A stretch of 25,091 nt of DNA from a bacterium (GCA_046485285.1 JAWOHE010000039.1:1-25091); one strand, 5' to 3'. Shown: positions 1 to 8,065, numbered from the stretch's first letter. Numbers and translations are program-made. Notes: generated from the letters alone by a model not told the origin.

Positions 1-98
1 GCGGCCGCCTCCTTCAGATTCATGCTGCCGGCATCCACCAGCGTGAAGACCTGTGTCAGCTTCAGCAATCTAGCCTCCGGTCTGATGTGAAACACCAT
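1..98 (-). CDS. Transposase N-terminus (helix-turn-helix start), partial
   Basis: Not in the ORF track. GGAGG at 108-104 and ATG at 98 give MVFHIRPEARLLKLTQVFTLVDAGSMNLKEAA..., resembling the 'V..G.lt.kEAA' HTH start of IS481/ISNCY transposases. Runs off the window. Confidence 0.6.
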   Translation of the reverse strand, partial: MVFHIRPEARLLKLTQVFTLVDAGSMNLKEAA

Positions 99-190
99 GG
101 CTTCCTCCAGTCGTAGCCGGAGCAAGCTTGCCCGAGAAGTTGCGATTCTGAAGTTGGAAACATAGTTGCGGTTCCGGAGTTGGAACGACA
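1..190 (-). mobile_element. Left end of an insertion sequence (IS481/IS1202-ISNCY-like), truncated by the window edge
   Basis: The minus strand starts 5'-TGT at 190. Two 22-bp direct repeats follow (TTCCAACTCCGGAACCGCAACT at 185-164 and TTCCAACTTCAGAATCGCAACT at 159-138, 19/22 identical), then an RBS and a transposase-like ORF start. Confidence 0.65.
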
Positions 191-196
191 AGGAGG

Positions 197-225
197 TTGA
201 CAAGGACCGCCGCAGAGACTAGAAT
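197..225 (+). promoter_or_regulatory. Sigma70-type promoter for the baeRF3-HPF pair
   Basis: TTGACA (197-202), 17-bp spacer, TAGAAT (220-225). Confidence 0.75.
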
Positions 226-420
226 CGCCTCGATGAGGGAAGTGTACGGGCCGGCGTTGACAAGGCCGGAGGTCGAGGATTGCCCTCCCGGAACACGCAC
301 TGGCCGTGCCTTCCGGGGTCGGCGGTCCGGCGCAACACCGAGACCGGAACCGGCTGGGCCGCTCATGTCAGGCGACTGTTGAACCCGTGAGATGACCGTA
401 TCAAGAACAGGAAGCAAGGA

Positions 421-1584
421 ATGACACAGAAGACAGCTTCGCTCACCATCGAATCACTCTCCGAACTGGCATTGGTTCGCCGGCCGCCGTGTCTCTCGCT
501 CTACCAGCCGACCCACCGACGCCATCCTGAGAACCAGCAGGATCCAATCCGGTTCCGCAATCTCGTGAAGGTGCTGGAGACATCGCTCCGACAGCAGTAT
601 CCGGCGGTCGAGACCCGGCGACTCCTGGAATCGTTCGAGGCCCTCGCCCGCGACCAGGACTTCTGGAACCACTCATCGGATGGACTGGCCGTGCTTGGTG
701 GGCCGAACCTGTTTCGCGTGTTCCGGCTGCAGCGGCCGGTAGCCGAACTGGCCGTCGTGGCCGACAGCTTTCACACCAAGCCCTTGCGGCGCTTCCTGCA
801 ATCGGCAGACCGCTACCAGATACTGGGATTGAGCCTCGCCAGGGTACGGCTCTTCGAGGGAAGCCGCGACATGCTCGACGAGATTGACCCGGCACCCGGC
901 GTCCCGCTGACGATGACCGAGGCGCTCGGCGACGAACTGACCGAGCCGCACTCGACCGTCACCTCCCATGGCGGCGTCGGTCAAGGGAGCACGCCCATGC
1001 ACCACGGCCACGGCGGGAGGAAGGACGAGGTACAGATCGACATGGAGCGGTTCTGTCGAGTCATCGATCGAGCTGTGCTGGAGCACCATTCCCGGCCGTC
1101 GGGTCTGCCGCTGATTCTCGCGGCGTTGCCGGAGCATCATCATCCTTTTCGCAAGGTCAGCCACAACCCTCTCCTGATGGCGGAGGGACTGAAGGTCAAT
1201 CCCGACGAACTGGCGATTGATGAGCTTCGGGAACGAATCTGGCAGGTCGTCGAGCCGCAGTATCGGGCGCGGCTGGCCGCACTGGCAGAGGAGTTCGCGG
1301 TAGCGAAATCCAGGGAGCTTGGCAGTGACGACCTGGCGCAGGTGGCTCAGGCGGTCACCGCCGGGCGGGTCGCCACGCTGCTGATTGAAGCTGACCGCCA
1401 GATTGCCGGCCGGGCTGACGATAAGACTGGTCAAGTCGAAATTGCCGACCTGAGCGACCCCGATGTCGATGACCTTCTCGACGACCTCGGCGAGCGGGTC
1501 GAGAAGGCGGGCGGGCGGGTCATGGCCGTCCCGGCCGAGCAGATGCCGGGACGGACGGGACTGGCCGCCATCTACCGATACTGA
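421..1584 (+). CDS. Bacterial archaeo-eukaryotic release factor family protein (baeRF3-like, aeRF1 homolog, Balon-like)
   Basis: 387 aa. N-terminal PCLSLYQPTHR..PENQQDPIRFRNL, DGLAV, VVADSFHTKPL, Gly/His-rich loop, C-terminal GRVATLL...DLLDDL...GG.V...AAIYRY, typical of baeRF3-type proteins. Confidence 0.8.
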   Translation: MTQKTASLTIESLSELALVRRPPCLSLYQPTHRRHPENQQDPIRFRNLVKVLETSLRQQYPAVETRRLLESFEALARDQDFWNHSSDGLAVLGGPNLFRVFRLQRPVAELAVVADSFHTKPLRRFLQSADRYQILGLSLARVRLFEGSRDMLDEIDPAPGVPLTMTEALGDELTEPHSTVTSHGGVGQGSTPMHHGHGGRKDEVQIDMERFCRVIDRAVLEHHSRPSGLPLILAALPEHHHPFRKVSHNPLLMAEGLKVNPDELAIDELRERIWQVVEPQYRARLAALAEEFAVAKSRELGSDDLAQVAQAVTAGRVATLLIEADRQIAGRADDKTGQVEIADLSDPDVDDLLDDLGERVEKAGGRVMAVPAEQMPGRTGLAAIYRY

Positions 1585-1613
1585 GCCGATCACGATCACA
1601 GCAGGAGAACACC

Positions 1614-1985
1614 GTGCAGATCCAGATCAACACCGACCGTAACATAGAGGGTCGTGAAGCACTGGCCGCTCGGGTCAGCGGTGCAGTAGCGGGGGCCCTG
1701 AGCCGATTCAGCGATCGCATCACGCGAGTAGAGGTCCACCTGAGCGACGAGAACAGCGCCAAGAAGGCCGGCCATGATGCCATGCGCTGCATGATGGAAG
1801 CCCGCCTTGCGGGCCGCCAGCCCATCGCGGTCACGCACCAGGCGGCCACCCTGGACCAAGCCATTGACGGCGCTGCGGGCAAGCTGGCCAACCTGCTGGA
1901 GAACAGCCTGGAGCGACTGCACGACCTGAGAAGTCAGCGGACCGACCCGCCTCCACCGGGACAGAGAACCACAGACCCGCCGTAA
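1614..1985 (+). CDS. HPF/RaiA family ribosome-associated protein
   Basis: MQIQINTD...L.RFSDRITRVEVHLSDEN...RC.MEAR..GRQPIAVTH.A..L.QAI.GA..KL. AGGAG RBS precedes the GTG start. Confidence 0.88.
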   Translation: MQIQINTDRNIEGREALAARVSGAVAGALSRFSDRITRVEVHLSDENSAKKAGHDAMRCMMEARLAGRQPIAVTHQAATLDQAIDGAAGKLANLLENSLERLHDLRSQRTDPPPPGQRTTDPP

Positions 1986-2070
1986 GCGACACCACGGCTG
2001 GTCAGCGACGGCAGACCGCCGGAGCCGAGAACCTCCGGTCCATTGTCCGCCGACGGAAGCCGGACAGGAA

Positions 2071-2213
2071 GGGACTTCTCGACGAAGCTCGAGATGACAG
2101 GGGCCGGGCGCAGTCAGGTACCACGCGAAGGACCAAATGGGATTTCTCCACTGCGGGTCTCAGCGACCCTCCGGTCGAAATGACGAAGGGGGCGACGCTA
2201 CGGGCGAAATGAC
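2071..2213 (+). repeat. Cluster of three degenerate REP-like palindromic units ending in CGA(A/G)ATGAC
   Basis: GGGACTTCTCGACGAAGCTCGAGATGAC (2071-2098), GGGATTTCTCCACTGCGGGTCTCAGCGACCCTCCGGTCGAAATGAC (2139-2184) and a partial ...CGAAATGAC (2205-2213), lying between convergent genes. Confidence 0.55.
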
Positions 2214-2236
2214 GGCCGGCCGGGGTCCGGACGGGG

Positions 2237-3370
2237 CTACTTCATCGCTTCGGCCCGGCCGTAGTCACGGTCGAGCGCGAACTGGTCGAGCGGCAGGTGG
2301 GGCCGGCCGCAGTCGATGAGCTCGGCCATCAGCCGGCCGACCGCCGGGCCGAACATGAAGCCGTGGCCGCTCATCCCGCCCGCGACAAAGAAGCCCTCGA
2401 CCGGGGTCCGGTCGCAGATCGGGTTGCCGTCCGGGCTCATCTCGTAACTGCCCGCCCACTGGCGCAGGACCTTGACCCCGGCCAGCCGCGGCACGAGCCG
2501 GACCATCCGGCGCGGCATCTCGGTGAGGAACTCGTCGGTGACCGAGGTGTCGTGCCCGGGGACGAGCGGCACCGGGGTGTAACAGCCGATGAAGTGCCCG
2601 GTGCCGACGTGCTGGACGAAGTAGCAGCCGTCGGCGCGGTAGTCGACGAGCATCGGGTCGAAGAGCCGCTCGACCGCCTCGGTGACGAGCGATTCGTGGC
2701 GGTCCGCGGTCACCGGCACCCCGACCCCGGCAAGCCGGCCGACGTCGGCCGCCCACGGGCCGGCCGCGTTGAGCACCGCCGGTGCGAAGAACTCGTCGCC
2801 GCGCCGGGTCGTCACCGACACGACCCGGTCGCCGCGGACGTTGATTTTCGTGACCTCGGTCCCGGTCAGCACGGTGCCGCCGAGCCGCCTGATGCCGGCG
2901 AGGAAGCCGTAGGTGACCTTGAACGGGTCGGCCTGGCCGTCGGTCGGGCAGTACGCCCCGCCCCGGAGCCCGGCGGTGTCGAGTCCCGGGACAATCCGGG
3001 CGCAGTCGTCGACCCCGACGTAGTCGACCTTGAGCCCGTACCGGCGCTGGACCGCGATGGCGTCCTTGAATGCCCGCTCCCGCGCCTCGTCGAAGGCGAG
3101 GAACAGGTAGCCGCCCTGGTGCCAGTCCACCCCGCGGCCGAGTTCGCGGTCGAGCTCCGAGAACAGCCGGACGCTCTCGAGCATCACCCGCACCGAGAGG
3201 TCGTGGGTGAACTGGGCGCGGATGCCGCCGATGCACCGCCCGGTCGAACCCGCGCAGGGGAAGTCGCGCTCGAGCAGGAGGACCTTGCGTCCGAGCCGGG
3301 CGAGGTAGTAGCCGGTCGCGGCGCCGATGACCCCGCCGCCGATGACGATTGCGTCAGCGGTCCGGTTCAT
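2237..3370 (-). CDS. FAD-dependent oxidoreductase, DAO family (sarcosine oxidase beta / proline dehydrogenase beta-like)
   Basis: Rossmann IGGGVIG, GSTGRCIGGIRAQF, NAAGPWA, RQWAG.YEMSPDG.P, GMSGHGFMFGP. Confidence 0.9.
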   Translation of the reverse strand: MNRTADAIVIGGGVIGAATGYYLARLGRKVLLLERDFPCAGSTGRCIGGIRAQFTHDLSVRVMLESVRLFSELDRELGRGVDWHQGGYLFLAFDEARERAFKDAIAVQRRYGLKVDYVGVDDCARIVPGLDTAGLRGGAYCPTDGQADPFKVTYGFLAGIRRLGGTVLTGTEVTKINVRGDRVVSVTTRRGDEFFAPAVLNAAGPWAADVGRLAGVGVPVTADRHESLVTEAVERLFDPMLVDYRADGCYFVQHVGTGHFIGCYTPVPLVPGHDTSVTDEFLTEMPRRMVRLVPRLAGVKVLRQWAGSYEMSPDGNPICDRTPVEGFFVAGGMSGHGFMFGPAVGRLMAELIDCGRPHLPLDQFALDRDYGRAEAMK

Positions 3371-3680
3371 CGCTCTCCGCCGCGCCGAGCATCCCGAGCG
3401 GCAGGGGCTTCAGCGGCGGCCGGGAGCGCGGCCACTGCTGGTCCGCGGCCGGCCGGCCGGTCTCGGCCTCGATCATCCGGGCTATTGCCCGCAGGCAGCC
3501 GCGGCCCTGGCAGTGGCCCATCCCGGTCCTGAGCGCGCGCTTGACCGCCTCGATGGTGTCGTTGCCGTCGCGGATGGCCTGCCGGATTTCCTCTTCGGCG
3601 ACCTCTTCGCACCGGCAGACGACGACCGGGGCCGCGCCGCGGCGTCGGGCGCGGGAACCGGTTCGCTTCTTCACTGCCAT
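3354..3680 (-). CDS. BFD-like (2Fe-2S)-binding protein, small subunit of an amino-acid dehydrogenase complex
   Basis: VCRCEEV...I..AI..G...VKR..R.GMG.CQGR.C...RPP. Start placed at the ATG at 3680, overlapping the sppA stop. Confidence 0.85.
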   Translation of the reverse strand: MAVKKRTGSRARRRGAAPVVVCRCEEVAEEEIRQAIRDGNDTIEAVKRALRTGMGHCQGRGCLRAIARMIEAETGRPAADQQWPRSRPPLKPLPLGMLGAAESDEPDR

Positions 3681-5884
3681 CCGGTCACTCCCCGCAGCAG
3701 CCGGGTCATCAGCCGCTCCGGCGAGAAGAGCGAACCGGGACCGGACTTCGGCCAGCTCACGACGTCGGCGTCGCGCAGCTTCGCCCGGCCGCGCGCCCAG
3801 TCGACCGCGGCCTCGAGCCCGCCCAGCGAGTCCACCAGCCCGACCGCGAGCGCGTCGCGGCCGCTCCACACCCTTCCCCGGGCGACCGAGTCCACCGCCT
3901 CGTAACTCATCCGCCGGCCCCGGGCGACCCGGCCGACGAACTCGCGGTAGAACCAGTCGAGCTGGCCCTGGAGCAGGGAGTCCTCGGCCGGAGTGTAGCG
4001 GCGGGCATCGGACTGCATGTCCGCCCGCTCGCCCCGCTTCAGGACCTGGCGCCGGATGCCGAGCTTGTCGTACAGCTGCCCGGTGACGAACTTCAGGCTG
4101 AACGCGCCGATCGAGCCGGTCAGCGTCGTCGGCTCGGCGAAGATCCGGTCCGCGCCCATCGAGATGTAGTACCCGCCCGACGCCGCGAGGTTCCCCATCG
4201 ACACGACCAGCGGCTTCTTCGCCTTTGCCTTCTCGAGCTCGTGCCAGATGAGGTCCGAGGCGAACCCGTCGCCGCCCGGCGAGTCGACCCGGAGGACGAT
4301 GGCCTTGACCCGGCGGTCGTTCCGCGCCGCGCGGATTGCCTTGACCATCGTCGCCGAGCCCATCCGCCGGTCGCCGGTCAGGAAGTCGGTGCCCGACCTG
4401 CCGCCGGCGATGCCGCCGACCGCGCTGATGACCGCGATCGCCGGACGCGGTCCCCAGCGGCTATCGTCGGGCCGGGTCGGGAGCTCGCGCTCGGGCCGGC
4501 GCCGGAAGCGGGCCCGGTCGCGCCTGAGCAGGCTGTCGAGTTCGTCGGCGTAGCAGAAGGTGTCGACGAGCCCGGCCGCCAGCGCCTCCCGGGGCAGGAA
4601 ATGGCCGTGGTCGACCAGCGCGACGACGCTTTCCCGGGCCAGCTCCCGGCCCGCGCCGGCCGCGGCGAGGAACTCGTCGTACATCGCGTCGAGGAGGGCC
4701 TCGAGCTGCTCGCGGTTGAACGCGCTCAGCGAGTCCTCGGTCAGTATCTCGGGCGCTGACTTGTACTCGCCGTAGCGGACGACGTCGACCTCGAGGCCGA
4801 GCTTCTCGAGCGCGCCCCGGACGAACATCGGCTCGGTGTACAGCCCGGGCACCGACACGCCGCCCATCGGGTGGCAGACAACGAGGTCGGCGACCGAGGC
4901 GAGGTAGTACCCGCCCATGCCGTAGGAGTCGGCGTAGCAGATGACCTCGCGGCCGGTCGCGCGGAAGGCCGCCAGCGCCCGGCGCAGTTCCGAGAGCTGG
5001 GCATAGCCGGCCGAGAGCCCGTCAAGCCGGATGACCAGCCCGCGCACCGAGCGGTCCCGGCCCGCGCGGCCGATGAACTCGAGCAGGCCGCGAAAATCGC
5101 GCCCGCCCCGGCTCCCGAACAGGCTGAACCCGACCTCGCCCTCGTTGAGCGGCCCGGCCAGCCGGAGCTCGAGCCAGCGCGCCGGTCCCGGGACAAGGCT
5201 CCGGCGCGGCTGGCTGCCGATGGTGACGTAGCCGCCGGCCTGGCCGGCATTGCCGATGCGCGAGCCGACCCCGCCGACGCCGAGCCGGCCGAGCCCGACC
5301 CGCACCCCGGCGTTGAAGCTCCAGTCCGACGGCTTGACCCGGCCGGACAGCACCAGGCCGTCGAGCGGCTCGAGGTCGAGGCCGACGACCGGGTGCGCCG
5401 GCGTGAACCCGCCCCGGCCGAGCGCTCCGGTCGCCGCGTCGGCCGAAAGCGTCAGCCGCCGGCCGAACGGCCGGACCGCCACCGCGCCGCCGAGGCTGCC
5501 CCAGTCGCGGGTGAGGTCGCGCCAGACCAGGCCGATGGATAGCCAGCCGGTCGGCCGCGTCAGCGACCCGATTGTCCAGCGGGTCAGCGAGTCGTGCTCG
5601 ACCCGCAGGCCGGCCATCGCGGCTTCGTCGCCGGCGCCGAGCGCGAGCCCGCAGCCGGTCGCGGACAGGTACCCGGCCAGCGGCCCGAAACCGGCCGCGA
5701 CCGCGCCGTTGTCGGACAGCGGTGCCGGCGCGAAGTTGTAGAGCAGGGCGACGTTCGCGCCGCGCGCGCGGGCCAGCCCGGCCGGGTTGGCGAACACCGC
5801 GAGGATGTCGTCGGTCGTTGCCCAGGAGGCCGGCACCTGCGGCGGCCCGGCGACAAGGCACAGGACCAGCAATGCCACGCTCAT
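3671..5884 (-). CDS. sppA: Signal peptide peptidase SppA (two S49 domains) with signal peptide and N-terminal beta-strand-rich domain
   Basis: First domain GEYKSA (Lys) and GYYLAS. Second domain LRVDSPGG, SMG..AASGGY (Ser), TGSIG, GRVWSG..A...GLVD.LGG. Confidence 0.9.
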   Translation of the reverse strand: MSVALLVLCLVAGPPQVPASWATTDDILAVFANPAGLARARGANVALLYNFAPAPLSDNGAVAAGFGPLAGYLSATGCGLALGAGDEAAMAGLRVEHDSLTRWTIGSLTRPTGWLSIGLVWRDLTRDWGSLGGAVAVRPFGRRLTLSADAATGALGRGGFTPAHPVVGLDLEPLDGLVLSGRVKPSDWSFNAGVRVGLGRLGVGGVGSRIGNAGQAGGYVTIGSQPRRSLVPGPARWLELRLAGPLNEGEVGFSLFGSRGGRDFRGLLEFIGRAGRDRSVRGLVIRLDGLSAGYAQLSELRRALAAFRATGREVICYADSYGMGGYYLASVADLVVCHPMGGVSVPGLYTEPMFVRGALEKLGLEVDVVRYGEYKSAPEILTEDSLSAFNREQLEALLDAMYDEFLAAAGAGRELARESVVALVDHGHFLPREALAAGLVDTFCYADELDSLLRRDRARFRRRPERELPTRPDDSRWGPRPAIAVISAVGGIAGGRSGTDFLTGDRRMGSATMVKAIRAARNDRRVKAIVLRVDSPGGDGFASDLIWHELEKAKAKKPLVVSMGNLAASGGYYISMGADRIFAEPTTLTGSIGAFSLKFVTGQLYDKLGIRRQVLKRGERADMQSDARRYTPAEDSLLQGQLDWFYREFVGRVARGRRMSYEAVDSVARGRVWSGRDALAVGLVDSLGGLEAAVDWARGRAKLRDADVVSWPKSGPGSLFSPERLMTRLLRGVTGWQ

Positions 5885-5923
5885 CTCAGGCCCCGCTCGT
5901 CGCCGGCGCGGTAATGTCGTTGG

Positions 5924-6490
5924 TCATCTGTCATTCCCCTTCATCCTCAGGCTCCTCACCTCGTTCCAGAACCGCCTCGGCACGGCCAGGGTCACGACCG
6001 CGCAGCGGTCAAGCGCGCGGGAGTCCAGCACCCGCACGACCTTCGCGCGGCAGACCGGTCGGCCGGCGCGGTCGAGCGCGGTGACCCGCTGCCCCTTCTC
6101 CGGCCGCGGCAGCATCTCCCAGGGTATCGTCACCGTCGCCTCGGTCGCCGAGTGGTTGTAGTTGACGACGAATATCGCCAGCCCGGGACAGCGCGCCACG
6201 CACAGCGCGCAGCCGTTGCACTTCGCGTAGTCCACCTTCGGCAGCGAGACGAGGCTCGGCGCGACCGTGACCGCCCCGCGCGGGCAGGCCCCGGCGCAGG
6301 GATTGCAGGGTATCTGCTCGACGCATTCGATGACGACCGCCGGGCCCTGCTTCAGGCGTGCGAGGTCCGGCACCTGCCGGCCCTTGAGCTGTTCGCGCGC
6401 CGGGAGAATCCCGGTGCGCTGGAAGGAACGGAGCCGGGGGGACGGCGGGCCGGGCTCTTTCGCGGAACCGGGGCGCCTGCCGCTCTTCAC
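5924..6490 (-). CDS. 4Fe-4S dicluster protein of the sarcosine-oxidase-like / proline dehydrogenase operon family
   Basis: IEC.EQIPCNPC...CP and CNGCALCV..CPGLAIF, then P.E.LP.P..G..V..LDR.G. GTG start position is uncertain. Confidence 0.85.
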   Translation of the reverse strand: MKSGRRPGSAKEPGPPSPRLRSFQRTGILPAREQLKGRQVPDLARLKQGPAVVIECVEQIPCNPCAGACPRGAVTVAPSLVSLPKVDYAKCNGCALCVARCPGLAIFVVNYNHSATEATVTIPWEMLPRPEKGQRVTALDRAGRPVCRAKVVRVLDSRALDRCAVVTLAVPRRFWNEVRSLRMKGNDR

Positions 6491-6524
6491 CCGGGCTCCG
6501 GCGGACTCTGGTCTTCGGGTCCCG

Positions 6525-8060
6525 TCATCCGGGCTTGAACCTGAACCGGCTCGTGAAGTGCCGCATCGGCCGGTCCTTGCCGTAGGTCACCTCGACGCCG
6601 CGAATCCGCGCCCGCTCGCGATAGAGCAGGCCGATTGCCGCCGCGCACGCCCGCAGGTCCTCATCCTCGTAGCAGAGCCGGGGAATCGCTGCCCGGACGT
6701 TGTTCACCCTCGGGTCCGGCCCGACCTCGCGGCCGTCGACCTCGCGGCCGAACGCGTAGACGCCGAGCTCGCAGAGCCGGTGACCGGCGACGAGCAGCAG
6801 CGCGGTCAGGCTCACGCCCGGGAAGTCTTCGTCACGGAGCCCGGTCCCGGCGAAGAAGCGGTCGAGGTCGAGGTAGACCGCGTGGCCGCCGACCGGCTTG
6901 ACGACGACGTCGGCGCCGCAGGCTTCGTCCACCGCCGCGCCGAAGCGCCGGGTCTGGCCGATTCGCCAGTCGAGGTAGTCCTGCCGGAGGACAGTCCGCA
7001 GGCCCTCGACGATCGCCTTGAGGTCCCGGCCGGCCAGGCCGCCGTAGGTCGGGTGGCCCTCGACGAGAACCTGGTGCATCGTCAGCGCCTCGCGCAGGCC
7101 CGGAAACCGCTTGACCAGGAGTCCGTCCTCGCGCACGCAGAGACAGCCGCCGATGTTGACGAGCCCGTCCTTCTTCAGCGAGATGTGGAAGCCATCAGCG
7201 CAGTCGAACACCAGCCGGACGATTTCCGGGATGCTCCGCCCGGCCTGCCCCGGCTCGCGGTCGTGGATGAACCAGGCGTTCTCGGCGAACCGGCAGGCGT
7301 CGATCATCAGCGGTACGTCCCAGGCCCGGCAAAGCTCGCTCACCGCCCGGATATTCTCGAGCGCCACCGGCTGGCCGCCGCCGGTGTTGTTGGTGATTGT
7401 CAGGTAGACGACCGGCACGCGCGCCCGGCCCTCCGGGTCGGACAGCAGCGCGTGCAGGGCGCCGACATCCATGTTCCCCCGGAACAGCGCCTTCGGGTCC
7501 TTCGCCCGCTGCTCGGGCGAGAACAGGTTCCTTGCCTCGAACCCGCTGGCCTCGATGTTGGCCTGGGTCGTGTCGAAGTGACCGTTGGAGGGAATGACGT
7601 GGTAGGGCCGGCCGTCGCCGCGGACCTGCCCGCGGGCGCCGGTCAGCGCGGCCAGCGCCGAGAAGAGCCCGTGCTCGGCGGCCCGGCCCTGGTGGAAGAT
7701 GAACACGTTCTCGAGGTTGGGGTCGCGGGTCGCCCACGCCGGGCCGAAGGTCTCGGCCAGTTGGGCCTTGAGCTCGAAGTAACCCTCGTTCGAGCCGTAG
7801 CTCTCGTCGCCGAGCAGGAGTTGGGCCCACTGCCGCATCGTCATCGTCGTGGTCCCGGAGTCGGTGAGGAGGTCGCAGCCCGGAATCAGCTCGGCCGGGA
7901 ACTTGAAGACGTTGAGCCCGGTCTCGGCAACGAGCCGCGCCCGGTCCGCGCGCTCGTCCGGGCCGTGGCCGCGCAGGCTGACCGCGGCGTTGCGGTACGG
8001 CCGCGGCCGCAGCGGCAGCGCCGCGAAGGCCTCGACCCAGTTGTCAAGCGCGAAACGCAC
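6525..8060 (-). CDS. tnaA: Tryptophanase-like PLP-dependent beta-eliminating lyase
   Basis: DLLTDSGT, GDESY, HQGRAAE, HFDTT, TNNTGGGQPV, DACRFAENA, PLP-lysine motif SLKKD, TYGGLAGRD. C-terminal RHFT is the tryptophanase type; tyrosine phenol-lyase has RFFT. Confidence 0.82.
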   Translation of the reverse strand: MRFALDNWVEAFAALPLRPRPYRNAAVSLRGHGPDERADRARLVAETGLNVFKFPAELIPGCDLLTDSGTTTMTMRQWAQLLLGDESYGSNEGYFELKAQLAETFGPAWATRDPNLENVFIFHQGRAAEHGLFSALAALTGARGQVRGDGRPYHVIPSNGHFDTTQANIEASGFEARNLFSPEQRAKDPKALFRGNMDVGALHALLSDPEGRARVPVVYLTITNNTGGGQPVALENIRAVSELCRAWDVPLMIDACRFAENAWFIHDREPGQAGRSIPEIVRLVFDCADGFHISLKKDGLVNIGGCLCVREDGLLVKRFPGLREALTMHQVLVEGHPTYGGLAGRDLKAIVEGLRTVLRQDYLDWRIGQTRRFGAAVDEACGADVVVKPVGGHAVYLDLDRFFAGTGLRDEDFPGVSLTALLLVAGHRLCELGVYAFGREVDGREVGPDPRVNNVRAAIPRLCYEDEDLRACAAAIGLLYRERARIRGVEVTYGKDRPMRHFTSRFRFKPG

Positions 8061-8065
8061 GGCCG

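Noticed and set aside
138..190. GTTGC...GTTGGAAAC repeats as a mini CRISPR array
   Set aside because: Only two 22-bp copies 4 bp apart, with no spacer-length sequence and no cas genes. IS subterminal repeats explain them better.
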